A stretch of 32,000 nt of DNA. It comes from Erysipelothrix larvae. Its GTDB lineage: Bacteria; Bacillota_I; Bacilli_A; Erysipelotrichales; Erysipelotrichaceae. This document shows positions 8,213 to 15,458 of the stretch, piece after piece. Where the stretch lies: positions 690,001-722,000 of the forward strand of contig NZ_CP013213.1 in NCBI RefSeq assembly GCF_001545095.1. The letters run 5' to 3'. Made by a program: the position numbers and the translations under genes. How positions within the stretch are numbered: position 1 is the stretch's first letter; each line of letters opens with the position of its first letter. Below the pieces are notes generated by a model, which was not told the origin of the DNA, did not search any database, and was given only the letters and a program-made list of their open reading frames with translations.

Positions 8213-8250
8213 AAAAAGCCAAGAATCTTAAGTCAAAGATTCTTGGCTTT
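8213..8250. terminator. Bidirectional intrinsic terminator
   Basis: GCCAAGAATCTT / AAGATTCTTGGC 12-bp stem flanked by A5 and T3. Lies between convergent genes. Confidence 0.8.
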
Positions 8251-8322
8251 ACGCGTTGTGCTATGTACTATTTGAAATATAGAGTTAGTAAATTATCAGA
8301 TTTTTTTGATAAATATCGATGG

Positions 8323-9192
8323 TTAATTGTGCTCTTTATTTGGTAAAGAATCGAGATATCCAGAAATTACACCGGCAACTAAAATGATGATCCACCATGG
8401 ATGCCATCCATTATATGAAAATCCTATAAATAAATAGGCAAAGACAGCCAATGACATAATGAGACCAGAGAATTTACCAGGATTGTATTGGATATTTTTC
8501 TTGCGATTAATCAGCGAATCATAAAGGCCATATGGAATACTAACACGTAGCATTAAGAATAATCCACATGTGAAGATGACTGCGCCTACACTAAAGGAGT
8601 AGGCCTGTGAACCAATCATAATGCTCACGATAAAGGCCAATAGCATGATTGCAATGGAACCAATCAAAACAAGGATAAACCGAGAAGCATAACGATCAGA
8701 AATATCTTTTACTCTGAGTGTATCATCGCGTGACAGCATGTTATGTGAGTCTTGTACATCTTCAAATGTATGCATCCTAAATCCATAAAGAATAAATACA
8801 CTGAGGGCTAGGATTACGCTTATGAACAATGGAATTAGCAGAAAGTTACGCATAATTGGGAGCATTGCAATCACAAACCCAATGGCTCCAACACCAATCG
8901 CAATTGCATTTGCGAAGCGTGGAATAAAACGTAAGTAGTCGTCGAGTCTTTGTGACTCAATGATTGAACCATCAAGTGGGAGGTCAAGACCCAACCCTTC
9001 AATGAGTTCATCAATATTTCCAAACTCTCCAATAACATGACCAATTGCATCCGCTTCGCTCATTTGGTTCTTAATATATTCGTCGTATTTCATTAACATC
9101 GAATCCAGTATTTGATCTTTCGCAATGTTTACACTCTTAGAATTTGGAAGAGATCTAAACATAACTTCTACATAATCAATAATCTGTTGCAT
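8323..9192 (-). CDS. Multi-pass membrane protein of the type found downstream of PadR regulators (permease-prefix / DUF1700-like N-terminus)
   Basis: SD AAGGAGA lies 6 nt before the ATG at 9192. Soluble N-terminal ~80 aa followed by about 6 TM helices. Overlaps the padR stop by 17 nt. Confidence 0.7.
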   Translation of the reverse strand: MQQIIDYVEVMFRSLPNSKSVNIAKDQILDSMLMKYDEYIKNQMSEADAIGHVIGEFGNIDELIEGLGLDLPLDGSIIESQRLDDYLRFIPRFANAIAIGVGAIGFVIAMLPIMRNFLLIPLFISVILALSVFILYGFRMHTFEDVQDSHNMLSRDDTLRVKDISDRYASRFILVLIGSIAIMLLAFIVSIMIGSQAYSFSVGAVIFTCGLFLMLRVSIPYGLYDSLINRKKNIQYNPGKFSGLIMSLAVFAYLFIGFSYNGWHPWWIIILVAGVISGYLDSLPNKEHN

Positions 9193-9520
9193 GAGTTGTC
9201 TCCTTAGTAAAGATGTCTATTACATCTTTTATTTGTCCCCACTCTTCGCACTTTTCTTTATAATACACTCTACCTTCTTGAGTGATTGTATAATACATGC
9301 GTCTTCGTCCTTGCGTTACAGTTCCTTCATATGAGGAAATATATCCTTGTTTTTCAAGTCGAGTAAATGTTGAGTATAAAGTTGTTTCTTTTATACTGTA
9401 AGTACCACCAGTCATTTCGGTAATTCGCTGACTAATCTCATAGCCATATGAATCTTGGTTGACCAACAAGGATAGAACAAGGGTATCGTTATAACCGCGC
9501 ATACTATCGCTACTTATCAT
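9176..9520 (-). CDS. PadR-family transcriptional regulator
   Basis: Winged-helix PadR signature LVLSLLVNQDSYGYEISQRI...TLYSTFTRLEKQGYI and RRMYYTITQEG. SD AAGGAG lies 5 nt upstream. Confidence 0.85.
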   Translation of the reverse strand: MISSDSMRGYNDTLVLSLLVNQDSYGYEISQRITEMTGGTYSIKETTLYSTFTRLEKQGYISSYEGTVTQGRRRMYYTITQEGRVYYKEKCEEWGQIKDVIDIFTKETTHATDY

Positions 9521-9530
9521 AAGATCTCCT

Positions 9531-9583
9531 TTACTTCATCTGTCGTGGTAATAATAACACAAGTACTACGACAGATGAAGTAA
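9531..9583 (-). promoter_or_regulatory. Perfect 16-bp inverted repeat (21-nt spacer) abutting the padR Shine-Dalgarno sequence
   Basis: TTACTTCATCTGTCGT (9531-9546) is the exact reverse complement of ACGACAGATGAAGTAA (9568-9583). The arm overlaps the SD by 1 nt. It lies just downstream of the predicted transcription start. Confidence 0.6.
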
Positions 9584-9593
9584 TATGCTTTTT

Positions 9594-9623
9594 ATTTTAA
9601 GTGTTAGCTTAACGTTAAATCAA
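9594..9623 (-). promoter_or_regulatory. Putative padR promoter with an embedded palindrome TTAACGTTAA
   Basis: On the minus strand: TTGATT (9618-9623), 18-nt spacer, TAAAAT (9594-9599). The 10-bp perfect palindrome at 9609-9618 lies within the spacer, immediately downstream of the -35 box, and is a candidate operator. Confidence 0.4.
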
Positions 9624-9903
9624 TGAGGAAGATCTCAGATAATAATAAACCAAAGCTGAGAGGGTAATTCATGCGTGGCACTTGATCGTAAAAATAACAA
9701 ATCAGAGTATGAACACGCTTATTATAAGGGTGTGAGTGTAGTGTTCAATCGATGAAGATAAGCGTGACATATGGGTGTTACTGAGTATGAATGGGTTCAG
9801 GATTATGGGTCCAAATTATATCGTTGTGTCGTGATTATCAATTTTTTTGTAATCAATGAAATAGTGATCGTGCGAAAAAAAAAGAGCGTAAAGCTCCATT
9901 TTT

Positions 9904-10518
9904 TTAGATTGCATGATTGTAAAGTTCAGATACTTTGTCCCAATTGATAACTTCAAACCAGTTTTGAATGTAATCTGGACGACGGTTTTGATAGTTTAGA
10001 TAGTATGCATGTTCCCAAACGTCGATTCCTAAGATTGGGGTAAGACCAAGGGAATATGGACTGTCTTGGTTTGCAGTTGAAATCACATCTAATGTTTTTT
10101 CTGGTGTAACAACAAGCCAAGCCCAACCACTACCAAAGCGTGTTTTCGCAGCAGTGTCGATTTTAGCTTTTAATGAATCCAAAGATCCAAAGTCACGTGC
10201 AATGGCTTCTAATAATTCAGTGCTTGGAAGTTGTCCTTTTGCAGGTGCTAAGATTTCCCAGAATAATGTATGGTTAACGTGTCCACCAACATTATTTTGT
10301 ACTGCAGCTCTGATATCATCCGGTACTTTGTTAAGATTTTTTAAAAGTTCAACTGGGTCTTTTTCCTTTAGTTCTGGGTGTGCATCCAAAGCAGTAAGTG
10401 CATTGGTAATGTATGCTTGATGGTGCTTTGTATGGTGTATTTCCATGGTTTTCGCATCAATTTGTGGTTCAAGTGCATCGTATGCATAATTTAGTTTAGG
10501 TAATGTATAGTTCATCAT
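9904..10518 (-). CDS. sodA: Fe/Mn superoxide dismutase
   Basis: Start refined to [18 protein letters not shown] (SD AGGAGG upstream). Canonical motifs [18 protein letters not shown] and DVWEHAYYL. Confidence 0.92.
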   Translation of the reverse strand: MMNYTLPKLNYAYDALEPQIDAKTMEIHHTKHHQAYITNALTALDAHPELKEKDPVELLKNLNKVPDDIRAAVQNNVGGHVNHTLFWEILAPAKGQLPSTELLEAIARDFGSLDSLKAKIDTAAKTRFGSGWAWLVVTPEKTLDVISTANQDSPYSLGLTPILGIDVWEHAYYLNYQNRRPDYIQNWFEVINWDKVSELYNHAI

Positions 10519-10660
10519 CGTTTTCCTCCTAATATACTTCAATGCTATCACTCTTTTACCATGAAGTCTAACAAACTGCCCAATGAACTAAAATTAACAA
10601 CATCAGTCTAAAATGTGGTAAACTATAGCTATAGTTTAAGAGGTTTTGGAGGATATTTTT

Positions 10661-11137
10661 ATGTTTCAACATTGTATAGAGGTTTTAGAAAACCGTGGTG
10701 TAACCATGGATGATTTGATTGATTGTGTTGTATACCTACAACAACGTTATCTTGATAATATTGACCGTGAAGAAGTTCGCGTAGATATTATTGAAATATT
10801 ACAAAAAAGAGAAGTTCAACACGCGGTTTTAACGGGTGCTTTTATTGATATTGCTGTGGAAAATGGCACCTTTGGCTCAAAAGAAATTGAAAACATTATT
10901 GCGAATGATGAAGGGCTTTATGGTGTGGATGAAGTCTTGGCGTATGGCATTTGTAATCTATATGGATCAATTGCGCTGACTAATTATGGGTATATTGATA
11001 AAGTGAAACCTGGAATTATAGGTAAACTTAATGAAGACCATGATGGTGTTTGTAATACATTTATGGATGATATCGTAGGCGCGATTGCAGCTGCTGCAGC
11101 ATCGAAGCTTGCACATACAAACGGTAAAAAGGACTAA
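10661..11137 (+). CDS. Phosphatidylglycerophosphatase A-like protein (B. subtilis YutG-type)
   Basis: Start refined to MFQHC (SD GGAGGA). Recalled resemblance to YutG: KREVQHAVLTG, DEGLYGVDEVLAYGICNLYGSIALTNYGYIDKVKPGI and DDIVGAIAAAAAS. Confidence 0.7.
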   Translation: MFQHCIEVLENRGVTMDDLIDCVVYLQQRYLDNIDREEVRVDIIEILQKREVQHAVLTGAFIDIAVENGTFGSKEIENIIANDEGLYGVDEVLAYGICNLYGSIALTNYGYIDKVKPGIIGKLNEDHDGVCNTFMDDIVGAIAAAAASKLAHTNGKKD

Positions 11138-11140
11138 TCT

Positions 11141-11830
11141 ATGATTTCACAGGCAATTAAACAACAAGTACAAAGGGTTTTTGATGCTTATGCAGTCCGT
11201 AGGGATGCAGTTGTTTTGTTGTGTGTTGATCCAACCTTGGATAAGCGTTATGTCAAACCACTTTTAGAAAGTGTGATTAGCATGGTTGGGGAAGGGTGTG
11301 TTTGTATTGTAGGGGATTGTTCCTTTAATACAAATGAGCAGGATGTCAAAAGTCTGCGCTCTTTAACCAATCAAGAACGACTTGTACTTGCAGCGGATTA
11401 CCCGCTACAACTGCTTTCATTGCGTCAAGATAGCATTCTTGCACGGCATCCTTCGTTATCAATGGGTGGAGTAGGTAAGATGGCTAAGTTTATTTTTAGA
11501 CATTCACACCTTGATTTCCCTTACGATAAACCTTCTGCGTTTTCTGATTTAGAAGACCTGAATGCTTTTTTTCTCTGTGTTGGAAATGTGTACCCTAAGT
11601 TTGCACTAAAATATGCTGACAGCACAAACCCACAACGCGTCATAAAAAAAGAAAGCTGTGTCTACAATAATGAGTTGTTGTCGTATCTCGATTTTGAATG
11701 TGATTTCAAAGCGATTGATGATAATTTTTACCATCTTGATGAAGTTTCATATGATGCTGAAGGGTATCTTGATATATATAGTGGATGGTATTCAAATATA
11801 ATTATAGAATTAAGGAAATCCTCTCGGTGA
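11141..11830 (+). CDS. Hypothetical protein; weak by-eye resemblance to the AAC(3)/Antibiotic_NAT acetyltransferase fold
   Basis: Starts 3 nt after the upstream stop. Segment order resembles AAC(3): VVLLCVDPTL...VISMVGEGCVCIVG, then ARHPSLSMGGVGKMAKFI...AFFLCVG. Not verified. Confidence 0.55.
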   Translation: MISQAIKQQVQRVFDAYAVRRDAVVLLCVDPTLDKRYVKPLLESVISMVGEGCVCIVGDCSFNTNEQDVKSLRSLTNQERLVLAADYPLQLLSLRQDSILARHPSLSMGGVGKMAKFIFRHSHLDFPYDKPSAFSDLEDLNAFFLCVGNVYPKFALKYADSTNPQRVIKKESCVYNNELLSYLDFECDFKAIDDNFYHLDEVSYDAEGYLDIYSGWYSNIIIELRKSSR

Positions 11831-11860
11831 TTTCCTTTTTATTTGGTGTATAATATTGGT

Positions 11861-13543
11861 ATGAAATATTTTGAAGGATACAAACTAAAAACAGCAATCG
11901 CAATTTTATCAAAGTTCATAGAAGCGGTATTTGAAATCATTATACCGCTTTTAATGGCGCGTTTGATTGATTCAGGGATTGTTGCTGGAAATGATTCGGT
12001 TGTTTATTCAAGTGTGGTATGGATGCTTATTTTGACATTATTGGGGTATTTATCTGCCCTTGTCTGTCAATACTACGCATCTCATATTTCACAAATTGTC
12101 GGAGGGCGCATTCGATCGGATTTGATGAAACATGATTTAGAATTATCAACCGATCAAGTGGATGCATTTTCAAGCTCCGTCTTAACAAACCGTATTACCT
12201 CAGATGTCTTGTTTATTCAGGACATGATTGCACGGGTTATCCGTTTAGGCGTTCGTGCACCTTTTTTGATTGTAGGGACGATTGTAGCACTGTTTACCAT
12301 TAATCAAAAACTATCCTTGGCATTATTGATTGCATTACCGCTTTTTGTTGGAGTTATCTGGGGATTTATGATGCTCACAATGAGAGGACATGCCAAAGCA
12401 ACCACACAACTGGATCGTGTTACGGCGCGTGTAAGTGAACTATTGTCTGGGTCTCGCATTATTCGTGCATTCTCAAAACAAGCGCACAGTGATCGTGTCT
12501 TCAACAACGATAATGATACCTTGTTTAAACGTCAATCGACTGTAGGGATCTTTGCGACACTCTCGAGTCCTTTTACAACCTTAATGATGAATGGACTCAT
12601 GGTCTTATTGATTTACATTTCTGGGATTCAAATTAACCTGGGGTCAATGACTCAAGGTCAAACACTCGCGATCATAAACTATTGTAACCAATTATTGATT
12701 ACATTGATTGTTGCAATGAACTTAATCATGATTATTTCCAGAGGGACAAACTCATTAAAACGGGTGAAGCAAGTTTTAAATACACAACCACGCTTGAGCA
12801 GTGATGGTGATGAACGTATTGAGAAACCCTTTAAACTTGTTTTTGATCGTGTATCATTTAGCTTTCCAGATGAAAAACGTCGCGTCCTTAACGGGATATC
12901 ATTTACACTTGAACCAGGTAAAACATTGGGTATTATTGGATTAACCGGCAGTGGGAAAAGTACCTTACTGAAGTTAATTCCACGCTTCATGGAAATTAGT
13001 GATGGCTCGATATGCATCGATGATTCTGATTTGAGTGACTTTAACATTCATTCCTTGCGCGATGGAATTGGTTATGTACCGCAAAACGCGCAGTTTATTC
13101 GGGGATCTCTCAATGATAACATCACGATGAGACGCTTTGAAAATCCAGAAGAAGCGCTCACCGATGCACAGGGTCAAGACATTTTGAGTAAGGGCTTGGA
13201 TGTGTTGATTGAGGAGTCAGGGAAAAACTTATCGGGTGGACAAAAACAACGGGTTAATATTGCACGCGCTTTAGCAAAAAAACCTAAACTCTTACTTTTT
13301 GATGATAGTTTTTCTGCGCTAGATGCGATTACAACTGCACGTCTTCAAAAAACCTTGCGCACAAAATATCGTGATACAGCGCAAATTATTGCAAGTCAAA
13401 GAACAAGTTCAGTGTCTCATGCAGATTGGATTCTTGTTTTAGATCAAGGACACATTCTTGATGAAGGAACCCATGAGTCTCTTTTAAAAACAAATGAAAT
13501 TTACCAACGTATTTATTCACTACAACAAGAAGGGAGCGATTGA
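11861..13543 (+). CDS. ABC exporter half-transporter (TMD-NBD), degenerate-NBD subunit of a heterodimer
   Basis: Six-TM domain plus NBD. Walker A GLTGSGKST, signature LSGGQKQR, Walker B LLLFDD (Asp replaces the catalytic Glu), H-loop position IASQR (Gln replaces His). Start at MKYFEGYK is assumed; no clear SD. Confidence 0.8.
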   Translation: MKYFEGYKLKTAIAILSKFIEAVFEIIIPLLMARLIDSGIVAGNDSVVYSSVVWMLILTLLGYLSALVCQYYASHISQIVGGRIRSDLMKHDLELSTDQVDAFSSSVLTNRITSDVLFIQDMIARVIRLGVRAPFLIVGTIVALFTINQKLSLALLIALPLFVGVIWGFMMLTMRGHAKATTQLDRVTARVSELLSGSRIIRAFSKQAHSDRVFNNDNDTLFKRQSTVGIFATLSSPFTTLMMNGLMVLLIYISGIQINLGSMTQGQTLAIINYCNQLLITLIVAMNLIMIISRGTNSLKRVKQVLNTQPRLSSDGDERIEKPFKLVFDRVSFSFPDEKRRVLNGISFTLEPGKTLGIIGLTGSGKSTLLKLIPRFMEISDGSICIDDSDLSDFNIHSLRDGIGYVPQNAQFIRGSLNDNITMRRFENPEEALTDAQGQDILSKGLDVLIEESGKNLSGGQKQRVNIARALAKKPKLLLFDDSFSALDAITTARLQKTLRTKYRDTAQIIASQRTSSVSHADWILVLDQGHILDEGTHESLLKTNEIYQRIYSLQQEGSD

Positions 13544-13545
13544 CC

Positions 13546-15246
13546 ATGAAATTTACACGTCGACAACTTGTTGGAATCACGCTATGTATCGTGCTCTCAT
13601 TTATTGCTGCCTATATTCTTGTATTAACGCCAAAATATTTAGGAAGTGCTGTAGACTTAATGGTTGGAAAAGGAAATGTGGATCTGAGTGGTGTCAGAAA
13701 GATTCTCTTATTCTCATTAGGTCTATACAGTGCGTATTTTTTGTTAACATGGTTTGTTTCGTGGTTTGCGAATCAAATTGCAGTTCGTTTTGTGAAAAAT
13801 ATTCGTTCACAACTCGAATATCGTCTCAACCGCAATCCGCTCTCATTTCTTGATACACACCCCCATGGGAATCTTTTGAGTCATTTCTCAATTGATGGAG
13901 AGCTCTTAATCGATGGGCTCTTCCAACTAATCTCTCAATTATTCAGTGGTGTCTTTGTTGTCTTAATCTCTTTATATTTTATGTTGCAGGTAAATGTTCG
14001 AATGACCTTGATGGTTATCGCTATGGTGCCTGTGATGTATTTGACATCCAGTGCAATCGCTAAGCGATCGTTAGTACTGTATCGACGCCAACAATCCCTA
14101 GCAGGTCAGTTGGGAGGCCATGTTCAAGAGGCCATGAATAATCACCAGCTCATCCTAAGTTCAAACTATCAAAAAGAATCTGTGAAGGACTTCGAAGCAA
14201 TTCATGCAGAGTATAATGAGGTAGGGGAAAAAGCACAATTTCTTGGGGCTCTTGTAAACCCAACCGTTCGTGTGATCAATAACATCAGTTATGTCTTGAT
14301 TGGTCTTATGGGTGCTTATGTATCAAAGAACTATGGGCTTACAGTTGGGACACTCACCAGTTTTATTAGTTATTCCATTATCTTCTCAAAACCATTTAAT
14401 GAATTTAGTGCAATTGTGGCTCAGGTTATGTCTGCAAAAGCAAGTTATGATCGGATTTTGGAAACTTTAGCGTATCCAATTGAAGAAGATCGTGGCGAAA
14501 AGATGACGTTAAAAGGTGAAGTCGTATCCTTTGAACATGTAGACTTCTCGTATGTAAAAGGGCATCCAATTATCCAAGATTTATCTCTTGAAATACCACC
14601 TCTGTCAAAAGTTGCGATTGTAGGACCAACAGGTGCTGGGAAATCAACGTTGATTAATATCTTAATGCGATTTTATGATGTTGATTCGGGCATTATTAAA
14701 ATTGACGGTGTGGATACATCAACATTAACCAAAGAATCCTTAGGAAATGTCATGAGTATCGTACTCCAAGATCCTTGGTTGTTTGAAGGGACCATTCGTC
14801 AAAATATAAAATATGGCAAACCACATGCAACCGATGCGGAAATGATCGAAGTTTCAATTCAGGCCGGGTGTCATGATTATATTCAATCGCTTGATAAAGG
14901 TTATGATACAAAGATTGATTTAGGATCGCAAAATATCTCATTGGGTCAAAAACAAATGATAACAATCGCACGCGCTTTAATGGTTGATGCACCCATCTTA
15001 ATTCTGGATGAAGCGACGTCAAATGTCGATGTATTGACTGAATACAAAATTCAAGAAGTGTTTCGAAAGATTATGGCTCAGCGAACCAGTTTCTTTGTGG
15101 CCCATCGATTAGCGACGGTTGTGGATTCAGATGTTATCCTTGTAATGCGTGAGGGTAAACTGGTTGAACAAGGAACGCATAAAGAGCTGATGGCACACAA
15201 AGGGTTTTATCACACATTATTTATGAGTCAGTTTGATTCAGTATAA
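13546..15246 (+). CDS. ABC exporter half-transporter (TMD-NBD), consensus-NBD subunit of a heterodimer
   Basis: SD AAGGGAG lies 10 nt before the ATG at 13546. Walker A GPTGAGKST, Walker B ILILDEATS, H-loop VAHRL, degenerate signature ISLGQKQM. Confidence 0.85.
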   Translation: MKFTRRQLVGITLCIVLSFIAAYILVLTPKYLGSAVDLMVGKGNVDLSGVRKILLFSLGLYSAYFLLTWFVSWFANQIAVRFVKNIRSQLEYRLNRNPLSFLDTHPHGNLLSHFSIDGELLIDGLFQLISQLFSGVFVVLISLYFMLQVNVRMTLMVIAMVPVMYLTSSAIAKRSLVLYRRQQSLAGQLGGHVQEAMNNHQLILSSNYQKESVKDFEAIHAEYNEVGEKAQFLGALVNPTVRVINNISYVLIGLMGAYVSKNYGLTVGTLTSFISYSIIFSKPFNEFSAIVAQVMSAKASYDRILETLAYPIEEDRGEKMTLKGEVVSFEHVDFSYVKGHPIIQDLSLEIPPLSKVAIVGPTGAGKSTLINILMRFYDVDSGIIKIDGVDTSTLTKESLGNVMSIVLQDPWLFEGTIRQNIKYGKPHATDAEMIEVSIQAGCHDYIQSLDKGYDTKIDLGSQNISLGQKQMITIARALMVDAPILILDEATSNVDVLTEYKIQEVFRKIMAQRTSFFVAHRLATVVDSDVILVMREGKLVEQGTHKELMAHKGFYHTLFMSQFDSV

Positions 15247-15254
15247 GCAGGATT

Positions 15255-15279
15255 AAAAGTTGCAAATGCAACTTTTTTT
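15255..15279 (+). terminator. Intrinsic terminator after the ABC exporter pair
   Basis: AAAAGTTGC-AAAT-GCAACTTTTTTT hairpin followed by a T-run. Confidence 0.7.
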
Positions 15280-15458
15280 GTGCAATTTATGCACGAATAT
15301 GCACAAAATCTGGAAAAACAAGGAGTTTTGTGAAATATTTTTCACTTTTATTCAAGATAATACACTTAAAGCGCGATAACTATGATAGACTATTGATATA
15401 AATATATTTTATATGTGGGAATACAAAATATATTGTCATTTTAAGAGGAGGAAGAAGA

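Noticed and set aside
9624-9870. About 250 bp with no ORF of 60 aa or more between the sodA terminator and the padR promoter. It contains a 58-codon plus-strand ORF starting at 9771 and several tiny ORFs.
   Set aside because: The 58-codon ORF has no SD and reads through the terminator into antisense sodA. I saw no convincing promoter-plus-terminator pair for an sRNA and no tRNA-like structure. It may be a decayed gene remnant, but the sequence alone does not support a call.
13494-13853. 119-aa plus-strand ORF across the junction of the two ABC exporter genes.
   Set aside because: It is out of frame with both well-supported genes, is Cys-rich and unlike any family, and has no SD.
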